From the IMG/VR virus record IMGVR_UViG_3300025849_003344: a stretch of 64,000 nt of DNA; one strand, written 5' to 3'. Positions 36,619 through 45,717 of this stretch are shown here, piece after piece (position 1 is the first letter of the stretch; each line of letters starts with the position of its first letter). A program made the position numbers and the translations under genes. The notes beneath the pieces were generated by a model. The model had not been told where the DNA came from. It ran no database searches and saw only the letters and a list, made by a program, of their open reading frames with translations. The DNA is from a virus (Duplodnaviria > Caudoviricetes).

Positions 36619-38355
36619 TTATACGCCTGAGATTTCACTGAAATCGACGCCAGTACGAACGGCAACAAAGTTAAGAGTAACAAAGTTGATTGAACGTGCA
36701 GGTTTGACTAAGATCGTAGCGACAAACTCATTTCTATCTATAACAGCACCAGTGTTGTTTGTTTCGTCACAAATAACACGGAAGTCTGTAATACCACGAC
36801 GACCTTTAATGTCCCTCAAGAACGGCTCTACAACACCAACAAATTCTGCTCTTGTAAATTCATCATTGAATTCGAACATAACGTTACGCGCTGCAATTGA
36901 AATTGCTCTTTCGATTGTCAAGAACAAACGACGTACGTTAATACGATCGAATGCTGAAGGTCTTGCCAGTTTTGTCTTATCACCGAACAACAACAAACCT
37001 TGTCCAGGAATATTAGAAATTGGGTTAACACCATTTCTATATAGCACATCTCTCTGAGATTTATTTGGAGAGTATGCAAGTCCTGTTACTCCAAGATACT
37101 GACCACGACGTGGACCAGCTGGTGAGAACCATGTTGCCGCAGTTACATCAGTAGCTGCCATGATACCGGCTGTTGAGGAGTTAGCTGGGATAAAAATAAA
37201 CTCATCGTTATATTTATCATACACTTTAAGGTAATTGTTATCAACTACTAGGTAAGAGGATGATGTGAATGTTGCAGCAGTTGCAACCGCATTTGTATTT
37301 GCGGCAGTCGCAGTAGCTCCGACAATATCAGTTCTTGCAGGTGATGCAACAACCACACAGTCTTTACGCTGACCTTGAGCAATACTTACCATATCGTTAA
37401 CGATTGTAGTTGTATCTGTACGACTTGACATTTGAGGAGCAATCATAAGATCCACTTGGATATTATCTTTGTCTTCAAATTGGTCAAAACCAGTAATGTA
37501 ATCACCAACATCCATGTTAGTAGATTCATCACCTTGAGTCAGATCGTAGTTTTTAGCATTTAGAACTGAAGCAGAAAGTTGGAAGTCAACACCAGAATCA
37601 GCATCGTCACCAGCATTTGCAACATTATAGTCGGAATCAAAACCGGCCATCCAAATGTATTCTGATTTTCTATTAATAACGTCTCTTACAAAGTTTGTAG
37701 AACCGTCAGATGTTTTAGCGTTAGCGGCCAAAGATACAAATGGATATGTTTCTAGAACTGTACCTTTTGTTCCTGTAAATTTACCGCCAGTATCAACGAT
37801 AGCTACGTGAACTTCGTCGTTATCTGCGTTTAAACCTTCAGCAAAACCGGATGTTCCTGGAGCTGCGTCAAAGTTATCTTTATATGTCCAACCATCGAAC
37901 GCTGAGTCAGCTCCTTGTTGTGGGCATAGAGATACTCTCAAGCTGTTGCCGAGTTCGCCTGGCCATTTAGCAATGAAAGTATGTTGATCCGAATCAAAGC
38001 CTGACAACGCGTTATCAAAACCGTCGTTATCTTTGATGCGAACATTTAAACCTGCTGATGCTTCGTTTGTGTTGTATGCGTTAAAGCCATCGCTATCGCC
38101 AAGAACACGAACAACCTGTAAAGCATTAGTATACTTAAGAAAGTAAGCTGCTGAATGATAGTCAACAGCATTTGCAGATGTAGGCGCTCCAAAGGTAGCA
38201 GACAACTCAGCTTCATTAGAAATAAGAGTTGGCTGTTCCACTGGGCCCCATCTGAAGTTACCGACAAATGCACCGGTCGAAGAGGAAACTGCTGGTACAA
38301 CACCAGACGCGTCGACCTCTCTTACGGTAATTGCCGGAGATTCTGAAAATGCCAT
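36619..38355 (-). CDS. 18: Tail sheath protein gp18
   Basis: SPAITVREVD, FRWGPV, WFSPAG, SAFDRINVRRLF, KPARSINFV. Confidence 0.97.
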   Translation of the reverse strand: MAFSESPAITVREVDASGVVPAVSSSTGAFVGNFRWGPVEQPTLISNEAELSATFGAPTSANAVDYHSAAYFLKYTNALQVVRVLGDSDGFNAYNTNEASAGLNVRIKDNDGFDNALSGFDSDQHTFIAKWPGELGNSLRVSLCPQQGADSAFDGWTYKDNFDAAPGTSGFAEGLNADNDEVHVAIVDTGGKFTGTKGTVLETYPFVSLAANAKTSDGSTNFVRDVINRKSEYIWMAGFDSDYNVANAGDDADSGVDFQLSASVLNAKNYDLTQGDESTNMDVGDYITGFDQFEDKDNIQVDLMIAPQMSSRTDTTTIVNDMVSIAQGQRKDCVVVASPARTDIVGATATAANTNAVATAATFTSSSYLVVDNNYLKVYDKYNDEFIFIPANSSTAGIMAATDVTAATWFSPAGPRRGQYLGVTGLAYSPNKSQRDVLYRNGVNPISNIPGQGLLLFGDKTKLARPSAFDRINVRRLFLTIERAISIAARNVMFEFNDEFTRAEFVGVVEPFLRDIKGRRGITDFRVICDETNNTGAVIDRNEFVATILVKPARSINFVTLNFVAVRTGVDFSEISGV

Positions 38356-38418
38356 GATTTTTTCCTCTCGAAAAATTAAATTATATGCGGGTCCATAATA
38401 CGAATATTCAATTACTAG

Positions 38419-38426
38419 TATTTATA
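38419..38426 (-). promoter_or_regulatory. T4-type late promoter
   Basis: TATAAATA upstream of gene 18. Confidence 0.75.
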
Positions 38427-38430
38427 ACTT

Positions 38431-40017
38431 TTAAATATCTGGCGAATACTCGATAGCCCACGGCATACCTTCTTCTTCTTTAGGGTTATAGTCTGATAAA
38501 CCATCATCTATAAACCCGAAAGGTGGTAAGTCGTCTTCAATTTCTCTCATTTTTTGTTTAAACATCATTTCTTTCAAATTGATATCAGTCATATCAGAAA
38601 AATATTGAGTAGATACAAAATATCCAAACATAACAAAATTCATGACTAAGTCATCGTGATTGCCAGTTGAAGCTTCATATGATTGACCTTTAGCAACAAA
38701 GGTAGAAATTTCTATAATTGTGTCATCGTCTACAATGTCTAGTTTTTTGTTTTCTAATACATCTTTAAATGCTGAACATCCTAATCGTTTTACTTTACGT
38801 GTCATCTCAACTCCTAAAGCATTTGCTTTAATAGCAGATTCTACATGCATATTTTCGTATTCTAAATCATGATAAAGACCATTTGTCACAAGCGAACCTT
38901 GATCATTTGATTCAATTACAACATATGCTTTATTATAGGAATTAGCCCACTTATATATAATGTTAGGGAAGAGTAATGGAGAGATAATGTTATTGCGATA
39001 TACGGCAACCTGTTTAAAAGGTCTACAGCTTATGTCGATTAAATTAAAAGTAGAATAGTCCTGTCCTCTTCCCTTCGACACATCTACAAGCATAATATAT
39101 TCATGATCCTTTTCGGTTTCAGTATATATCTTTAAGTCGCCTCCTTCAAGGAACCTAATAGGGTTACTTGCTCTTAAATTCAATAACGTTTCGGCGTTAA
39201 TTAATGTATCCCCGGTGCCAAAAAATGTATTTCCAAACTCTTGGTCAAATTGTAGTCGAGACGTATTTGCTATTGTCTGGGTTTTCCACGCTTCATCACG
39301 TCCAGGAACGTCCCACCAATCAACACGAAAAGGCTTAAATTCGTTAACTCCTTGGGATGCACCTTCCCATATTTTATGAAACACATTACCAATACCATTT
39401 GCAGTAGAAGTAATAATAATTTTAGTATCTTTACCAGATGAAACAACCGGATAAGTCGATGTATAAAACTGAGCATCATTTTCAACAAATGCAAACTCGT
39501 CCAAATACAATAGCGACACAGACATACCTCGAATCGAGGAACCTGAAGTTGCAGCTGCAACGATCCGCGAATTATTTGAAAATTCAATCGAACCCTTATT
39601 CAAAGCCTTACAGCCAGGCTGCAAGAAGAATGGTAGATTTTCTAGCATAAGAGTGATACGGCCAAGCATCTCACGTGCCGTAGCACCTTTGTTAGCCATA
39701 ACAGCAATAGTTTTTTCTGTATGAAATAACGCATACCATAGTAGATATGCAACAGAAGATATAGATTTACCGGATTGCCTACAAGCTAAAACAATATTAA
39801 ATCTATTCTTATTGAACTCCGTAAACATTTGCTGCTGATATGGATACAGTTGAAACGGGACAAGACCCTCATCCAACGAAATAATTTTACAATATTTAGA
39901 TGCAAAATATGATGGATCTTTCATACACCTTGCGTATTCTAAAACTTCCTCTTGATTCCAATTAGCGACGACACCGTCTCTTTTTACATTTGGATTTCCA
40001 AGATATGTTTCATTCAT
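38431..40017 (-). CDS. 17: Terminase large subunit gp17
   Basis: YLGNPNVK, CRQSGKS, YLDEFAF, ITSTANG, HDDLVM. Confidence 0.98.
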   Translation of the reverse strand: MNETYLGNPNVKRDGVVANWNQEEVLEYARCMKDPSYFASKYCKIISLDEGLVPFQLYPYQQQMFTEFNKNRFNIVLACRQSGKSISSVAYLLWYALFHTEKTIAVMANKGATAREMLGRITLMLENLPFFLQPGCKALNKGSIEFSNNSRIVAAATSGSSIRGMSVSLLYLDEFAFVENDAQFYTSTYPVVSSGKDTKIIITSTANGIGNVFHKIWEGASQGVNEFKPFRVDWWDVPGRDEAWKTQTIANTSRLQFDQEFGNTFFGTGDTLINAETLLNLRASNPIRFLEGGDLKIYTETEKDHEYIMLVDVSKGRGQDYSTFNLIDISCRPFKQVAVYRNNIISPLLFPNIIYKWANSYNKAYVVIESNDQGSLVTNGLYHDLEYENMHVESAIKANALGVEMTRKVKRLGCSAFKDVLENKKLDIVDDDTIIEISTFVAKGQSYEASTGNHDDLVMNFVMFGYFVSTQYFSDMTDINLKEMMFKQKMREIEDDLPPFGFIDDGLSDYNPKEEEGMPWAIEYSPDI

Positions 40018-40351
40018 TCTTAGGTGTAACATCAATCATTTCATCCTGTAACATACGCTGCAAATCAGTCGTAGACCCGACAAACACATTATTGGTTGTT
40101 TGACCAGGTAAAGCTTTCACATTTTCTTTTCTATTAAAGTCTTTTCGCTTCTTATGCATATCCATAAGATTGCCATTAATATCTGCTATATTTTTCATCA
40201 TATTAGACAAAACTTCAAAAGCGCGTGGATGTTCAGTTGCTCTGGCAACTTCCATCATTTCTTCCATAGACTCTGATCCCTTTGCTAACAGATCATGATA
40301 TATCTGTCTAGAATATTCAAAGTCATCTTCTGCATTGGTTGAATCTATCAT
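40010..40351 (-). CDS. 16: Terminase small subunit gp16
   Basis: DDFEYSR, EHPRAFEV, NNVFVGST; position. Confidence 0.88.
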   Translation of the reverse strand: MIDSTNAEDDFEYSRQIYHDLLAKGSESMEEMMEVARATEHPRAFEVLSNMMKNIADINGNLMDMHKKRKDFNRKENVKALPGQTTNNVFVGSTTDLQRMLQDEMIDVTPKNE

Positions 40352-41133
40352 AACGCACTGTCAATCTCTTGTATCAATGTTGTAAAGCCAAAGTCACTAT
40401 CCGGTCCAGCATCAGACGGATTAGGAGTAATTGTAATTCTTTCTAATGGAACATCCGAATCATTTAAACCAGCACCGATATCTAAAATATCTGTAATTGC
40501 TGTACGAATAATACCTGCAGATGAAATCGGACCATGAAACATGACATGCATATCAAAGTCCATGGTATAAATGATTGTTCTCCTAGATTCCATTGCTCCT
40601 TCATATTCATCGTTTAAAACAACGCCGGTCAGAATAATAGGAACATCTTCTTTTATTGTATCAAAATCAGTAAATGGCTGAATAGTTAAAGTATATTGTG
40701 GATTAAAATATGGTATTACCTGCTCAACAATCTGTAAAGCATCGTCCTGATTTTTAGCATATGCACTAAGCTGAAAGCTAATAATATACGGAATACCTTG
40801 AGTAATCTTATTTCTAGATAAAACTGATCCCGCGACTGGTTGACTAGTCGTATTAATTTTCGGTAACTGCCTAGCAGGATCGTATGATATATTTGTAATT
40901 TCAAACGACAATCTTGGAAGTTTAATTGCAACCTTTGTATCTTCACGAAGATCTGGAACTTCTCTAATTCTATCTAAGAATTTTGATCGAGGTCCGTACG
41001 ATAGTGGCACTTTTTGAGTACTAATAACGCCACCGCCGGAATCTTTACGCAAAACGTATATGTCATTAAACATGGCACCAAATGTAGCCACTGCTTTTCT
41101 GATTCTTTGATGATAAAAATAATTGCCAAACAT
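40348..41133 (-). CDS. 15: Tail sheath stabiliser / terminator gp15
   Basis: YFYHQRIRK, FGAMFND, KVPLSYGP, QIVEQVIPYFNP. Confidence 0.95.
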   Translation of the reverse strand: MFGNYFYHQRIRKAVATFGAMFNDIYVLRKDSGGGVISTQKVPLSYGPRSKFLDRIREVPDLREDTKVAIKLPRLSFEITNISYDPARQLPKINTTSQPVAGSVLSRNKITQGIPYIISFQLSAYAKNQDDALQIVEQVIPYFNPQYTLTIQPFTDFDTIKEDVPIILTGVVLNDEYEGAMESRRTIIYTMDFDMHVMFHGPISSAGIIRTAITDILDIGAGLNDSDVPLERITITPNPSDAGPDSDFGFTTLIQEIDSAL

Positions 41134-42005
41134 TAATCAGGATCTCCGAATGGATTTGTTTCACTAAAGTCAATAAAGTCTAGACCATCAAAATCGTTAT
41201 TTTGTTCATTGCCGTGTAACTGATTATCTTCTGTGAATGATGATAAAGTAGCACTAGCATTAGATTCTTGACCAGTAATTGTTCTTCCTGTAGATGGCAA
41301 GTGGAATTTACCATCACTACCACCAAGATGAACAACTGAAAGTGAATTTGTATCTGATACCCACTGAGATACTTCGGCAGACAAAATAGTTCCGTCAGCA
41401 AGAGTTTGTTCTACACGTTCACCGACCTCAAAGGTTCCAGTTACTCCGGTAAGAATCATATCAAATTCATAAGCAGATGAGTTTTCAATGCCATCAATAT
41501 CACTAATACCAGTGTCAAGATCCTCATCGCTATATTCAAATAGTTGACAGCGCATCTTAAATGTTGGTAAGTTTGATAACTGATAGAATGGCTGCTCATG
41601 CTCAACGTGCATAACTTCAAATAAAGACTTAGAAAGAGGAAGATAAACTAAATCACCTTCCCTTGGGCGTTCACCTTCTATTTCATTATCAACGCGACCA
41701 ACCGTATTATTCCAACGTCTGCGAGCGACGACAAAAGTAGCTTCGTCTCTGATCTCAACACCGAACTTAGTGAATAGATCTCCTTCTCCTTCAAATCCTT
41801 CTGTGTTTTCAATGTACATCTCGATTTTGTATGAGTTACTAAATTGCGAGGAAACGTCTTCGCCTAGTATTCTATTTTCGTTAACGATAGTTCTTGGCAG
41901 ATAATAGACGTCTTGTCCATACATCTTTAAAGATTCTATAATTATATTCTCATATAAGTGCTGCTCAGAACGTACTGCTTCTGAAAAATAGATATTGCGT
42001 GCCAT
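41133..42005 (-). CDS. 14: Neck protein gp14
   Basis: ESLKMYGQDVYYLPR, RPREGDLVYLP, FEYSDE. Confidence 0.95.
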   Translation of the reverse strand: MARNIYFSEAVRSEQHLYENIIIESLKMYGQDVYYLPRTIVNENRILGEDVSSQFSNSYKIEMYIENTEGFEGEGDLFTKFGVEIRDEATFVVARRRWNNTVGRVDNEIEGERPREGDLVYLPLSKSLFEVMHVEHEQPFYQLSNLPTFKMRCQLFEYSDEDLDTGISDIDGIENSSAYEFDMILTGVTGTFEVGERVEQTLADGTILSAEVSQWVSDTNSLSVVHLGGSDGKFHLPSTGRTITGQESNASATLSSFTEDNQLHGNEQNNDFDGLDFIDFSETNPFGDPD

Positions 42006-42006
42006 G

Positions 42007-42762
42007 TTAACCTACAAAAAAGTTAGGTGGAAGTTCATGTTCTAAACGAATTCGCTCTCTTAGTCTTTCAATATCTTGCATAGCATCATCAAATAATTGT
42101 CTTCCATTTAACGATACTCCACCAGGTAATTGCATACCTTCGAACTTAATTAGGTTAGCTCCCCACTGCTGCTTAATCAAAGCTGTAGAATATTCTTTTA
42201 ACCACATATCATCATAAACTGACGTGTGAGTATCTGGATCTACGATTTGATAAACTTCAGCAATTATATAATCTCCGGCTTTAATATCTTTATCTGCAAA
42301 GTCGCCATGAATATATAATCTGTTTTGTCTTCTAGAAAATTCTACTTGTGGATGCCCATTAAGCTTCATATCTAGAAGTGATAGATACTGTTGCATCTGT
42401 TCGTAGTATGCCAAATCGCCAGCCCAGTTTTGTAGATCAGCGATATCATTTAGCATCATTTGATATTTAACATCAAAGAAATTGCGAGAAGCCCCAAAAG
42501 CATTATTAACGGGTAACAGCCGAGAAACAAATATGATGCTACTAGAAATAGGGATATATTCATTCGTAACATCGTCAGCTGTTACTAGATGCTTTAAATA
42601 AGTTTTTACAGTAGCATCTGAGTGATACTCTTGATACATTTGCAATGAGTCATCTATGCGTTCTTCAAGCTGATCAACATCCACGTTAATTTCAATAACT
42701 GGATCGCCAAGTCTTCGAAGACAATAATCGATGAGTCCTTGTCTTGATGTTGGAGCTGCCAT
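42007..42762 (-). CDS. 13: Neck protein gp13
   Basis: YCLRRLGDPVIEINV, WLKEYSTALIKQQWG, QLPGGVSLNG. Confidence 0.95.
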   Translation of the reverse strand: MAAPTSRQGLIDYCLRRLGDPVIEINVDVDQLEERIDDSLQMYQEYHSDATVKTYLKHLVTADDVTNEYIPISSSIIFVSRLLPVNNAFGASRNFFDVKYQMMLNDIADLQNWAGDLAYYEQMQQYLSLLDMKLNGHPQVEFSRRQNRLYIHGDFADKDIKAGDYIIAEVYQIVDPDTHTSVYDDMWLKEYSTALIKQQWGANLIKFEGMQLPGGVSLNGRQLFDDAMQDIERLRERIRLEHELPPNFFVG

Positions 42763-42789
42763 CTTAAGTCCTTTTAAAGAATTTGTATC

Positions 42790-42797
42790 TATTTATA
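42790..42797 (-). promoter_or_regulatory. T4-type late promoter for genes 13-17
   Basis: TATAAATA. Confidence 0.75.
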
Positions 42798-42806
42798 TAA
42801 AAAAAG

Positions 42807-42836
42807 GTGTACATACATATTGATGTGTGGTATAAT
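42807..42836 (+). promoter_or_regulatory. Early-type promoter for the inverted heptose operon
   Basis: GTGTACA-N17-TATAAT; ATG begins 7 nt after the -10 box. Confidence 0.7.
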
Positions 42837-42842
42837 AGAATA

Positions 42843-43241
42843 ATGAAAACAGTATTTACAAACGGCTGCTTCGATATATTACATCGAGGTCATCTAGAAT
42901 ATTTAAAGGAATCTGCCTTTTTCGGAGATAGGCTTATAGTAGGTATTAACTCTGATGATAGCGTTAAAAAACTAAAAGGTTCAACTAGGCCTGTCAATAG
43001 TCAAGAAGACCGTAAGTTTGCTTTAGAATGTTTAAGTTTTGTCGATAAGGTTTATATATTTGACGAGCAGACTCCATATGAATTAATTAAATATATAAAA
43101 CCAGATATGATTACCAAAGGTGGTGATTATATATCGGACGATGTTATTGGTAATAATTTAGCTAAAGTAAAAATTATACCTTTAACAAAAGGTTATTCTA
43201 CAACTAAGTTTATTGAAAGGATTTGCAATGACACAACTTAA
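42843..43241 (+). CDS. D-glycero-D-manno-heptose 1-phosphate adenylyltransferase (HldE/RfaE domain II)
   Basis: VFTNGCFDILHRGH, GINSDDSV, KGGDY, GYSTT. Confidence 0.9.
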   Translation: MKTVFTNGCFDILHRGHLEYLKESAFFGDRLIVGINSDDSVKKLKGSTRPVNSQEDRKFALECLSFVDKVYIFDEQTPYELIKYIKPDMITKGGDYISDDVIGNNLAKVKIIPLTKGYSTTKFIERICNDTT

Positions 43242-43587
43242 AGGCTTTGTTGAAAAAGGTTGGGGCCATGAAAACATTTTTGCTACAAATGATAAGTATA
43301 CGGGAAAGCTTTTAGTATTTAATGAAGGCGCTCGTTTCTCTATGCATTTCCATGCTATAAAGGATGAAACATTCTACGTTCTTGAAGGAGTATTTGATTT
43401 ACTTACAGTCGAAACTAATACTGCTAGTGTGAAAAAACATAGGTTAGACGTCGGTGATTCTATAAGAATAGAACCTTTAACTCCGCATCAAATTATTTGT
43501 GTAAAAAAAGGTACTATTATAGAAGTATCTACTCCAGATTCAGTTGAAGATAATTACCGAGTTGCTAAGGGCGATAGCCAAAAATGA
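43228..43587 (+). CDS. Cupin-domain protein (sugar isomerase-like)
   Basis: VEKGWGHE, FSMHFHAIKDETFYV, PHQI, IEVSTPDSVEDNYRV. Confidence 0.75.
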   Translation: MTQLKGFVEKGWGHENIFATNDKYTGKLLVFNEGARFSMHFHAIKDETFYVLEGVFDLLTVETNTASVKKHRLDVGDSIRIEPLTPHQIICVKKGTIIEVSTPDSVEDNYRVAKGDSQK

Positions 43588-44468
43588 TAATATGGGGCAT
43601 GTCAAAAAACGGACATGACTGGGCAATTGCTGTCTTTAAAAGTGGTAATCATATACAAACCTTTTCTGGAAAAGGTAAATCACATCCATTGACTGCTGTG
43701 CATGAAGCTAAAGATTTAGGCTGTCCTTCACTTGTTATTTGGTATGAAAATCCATATCTCAAAGCTTTAAGACAATTTATATCAGGCCAACCAAAACCTT
43801 TTAAAAGAAATAATATTAAACGCTATTTACGCGATCTTAATATCAATTGCAGATGGGATTATGTGGGTCATCATGAATCGCACGCCGCGGCCTTTTATAA
43901 AAGCGGATTTGATGATGCAACAGTTGTTGTCTTTGATAGTATAGGTGAATTTGACTGCACATCCATATGGAAAGCAGAACACGATAAACTTAAAAAAATT
44001 AAGTCGACTAAATATCCTCATAGCATAGGACTATTTTATTCAGCTATGACGGATCGCATAGGATTGAAGCCGCAACAAGACGAAGCGGTGTTTGAACAAA
44101 TATCTCAAGCGTATACACCATTTTCGCAATTAGTAACACAAATGGAAAATGACATAATAAAACAATGGGAGCCTATGCCTAAATTCAGAGTAAACTTTCA
44201 CCATGGAGTAAGACAAATGTGGTGGAACAAAGGCAAAAAAGAAATAGCTAGTGCTGCACGTATAATCTTTGAGAGTTTAGTTACTAAAGTTCTACTTCAC
44301 GCAAGAGAAGTTACTGACAGTCATAATATTGTATTAAGTGGCGGTGTTGCCTTTAATAAGTCTGTACCAAATATTGCAGGTAAGATATTTAATAATTTAT
44401 ACATACCGCCAAATCCAGGTGATATTGGTTCTGCAGAGGGAGCAGTGTTGTCATATCTCAGGAAATAG
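43584..44468 (+). CDS. Carbamoyltransferase (NodU/CmcH) N-terminal Kae1-like domain only
   Basis: GHD, HHESHAAAFY, DSIGE, SIGLFY, LSGGVAFN, PGDIGSAEG. Ends with no C-terminal YrdC-like domain. Confidence 0.75.
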   Translation: MIIWGMSKNGHDWAIAVFKSGNHIQTFSGKGKSHPLTAVHEAKDLGCPSLVIWYENPYLKALRQFISGQPKPFKRNNIKRYLRDLNINCRWDYVGHHESHAAAFYKSGFDDATVVVFDSIGEFDCTSIWKAEHDKLKKIKSTKYPHSIGLFYSAMTDRIGLKPQQDEAVFEQISQAYTPFSQLVTQMENDIIKQWEPMPKFRVNFHHGVRQMWWNKGKKEIASAARIIFESLVTKVLLHAREVTDSHNIVLSGGVAFNKSVPNIAGKIFNNLYIPPNPGDIGSAEGAVLSYLRK

Positions 44469-45098
44469 ACATTCATCAATATAGCGACGAACCGTAACTG
44501 GATCTACTCCTAGGCTTTCCATAACTCGTGGAGTATGCGGATTCTTTTTCTGATTGATAGCATACCAATTGTGTTGTTCTGTATAATCGTTTTCGGTTTC
44601 TTGTCCAATATTATGAAGAAAATAATCTAGATTATCATTAGCAAGATCTAAAATTGTTTGTAACTCTTCAGGATCTCGTACATTCCCAGCAGAAACCATA
44701 CTACCACTAAAAATGTTTCTAGCCCATTCTGGTAATTCTCTTGGTTTAGAAGGAATAAAACTGTGTACTTTCTCTGTGAAATGTTGTAATATATGATTAT
44801 TAGGATCTACCGGACTAAAATCGTGAAATGCTCCAGTAACTTTATTTGGACCGGCAATAATGTCAAAACCATAAATCGGTGAAGGATCATTAAGATGAGG
44901 ATATACGCAAAGATGCATCATCCAAAGTTTACGATCTTCAGTAGCATCAATGATGTCTAAGTCTGCTCTACGAAATATAGAAGGATTAACATAGCTAATT
45001 GCCGGCCATTGAAAGTCATGTTCATAGCTGCTAACTGAAAGAGATTCCAATTGATCCTGCATTTTAGCCGCAGCCTGTGTTAACTTTTCAAAGATCAA
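44451..45098 (-). CDS. pcyX: Ferredoxin-dependent bilin reductase, PcyX/PcyA-like
   Basis: WMMHLCVYP, PIYGFDIIAG, VTGAFHDFSP, RELPEWARNIFS, QKKNPHTPRVM. Confidence 0.88.
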   Translation of the reverse strand: MIFEKLTQAAAKMQDQLESLSVSSYEHDFQWPAISYVNPSIFRRADLDIIDATEDRKLWMMHLCVYPHLNDPSPIYGFDIIAGPNKVTGAFHDFSPVDPNNHILQHFTEKVHSFIPSKPRELPEWARNIFSGSMVSAGNVRDPEELQTILDLANDNLDYFLHNIGQETENDYTEQHNWYAINQKKNPHTPRVMESLGVDPVTVRRYIDECLFPEI

Positions 45099-45681
45099 AA
45101 CGTTTCTCTAAATCATAAAATAAATTGATTGCACACTCAAAACAAACATTTGCTTCATCTGCCATGTCTAGTGTAAGCATCGTACGTATTTCTTTAATAA
45201 TTTCATACTTATTTTCAAATGTGTATATGTTAGTCCACCATTCTTCTGTAACAGGTCTATGTCCATCACTATCAGGAGGAAAGGCCTCTAAGTTGGGTTC
45301 AGGTAGCTTGCTTTTAATAATTTGCCCACCATGCATATCTCCAAAATGGCGGACATAAATATGAGCTAGTACATCTTCTTCGCTTAATTCTGTAGCGTAT
45401 TCCATATAGTCTAACGTAGACTTTTCTAATCCTGTATTATACTTAAAAAAATTTAAGTCCGCAGCAAACTTATTAACTTGAGCTATGCTCTTTAAAACAG
45501 GATATTTATTAAATAGATTTAATTCGTTGGCTCGTGCTTCTAAAGCTGAATAAGCCTGTAGCTGGTTGTATAAATATTGTCCGTACTGATGATTGGTCAT
45601 ATTTCCGGAAACAAGTAATTGAGCCCATTTAGATTGTTCAGCTTTTTTATGATTTAAATCAGTTAGCTTCTTAAGAGACAT
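45088..45681 (-). CDS. hemO: Heme oxygenase (phage HemO-like)
   Basis: LKKLTDLNHKKAE (proximal His), YLYNQLQAYSALE, AHIYVRHFGDMHGGQII, EANVCF. Confidence 0.9.
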   Translation of the reverse strand: MSLKKLTDLNHKKAEQSKWAQLLVSGNMTNHQYGQYLYNQLQAYSALEARANELNLFNKYPVLKSIAQVNKFAADLNFFKYNTGLEKSTLDYMEYATELSEEDVLAHIYVRHFGDMHGGQIIKSKLPEPNLEAFPPDSDGHRPVTEEWWTNIYTFENKYEIIKEIRTMLTLDMADEANVCFECAINLFYDLEKRFDL

Positions 45682-45709
45682 AAATAACTCCATAATATGT
45701 GTAAAGTGG

Positions 45710-45717
45710 TATTTATA
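45710..45717 (-). promoter_or_regulatory. T4-type late promoter for hemO-pcyX
   Basis: TATAAATA about 30 nt upstream of the hemO ATG, overlapping the divergent kinase start. Confidence 0.65.

Noticed and set aside
9974-40017. Inteins or introns in gp43, gp46, UvsW, gp17, gp20 and gp23
   Set aside because: Lengths and motif spacing look normal; no intein or homing-endonuclease signatures
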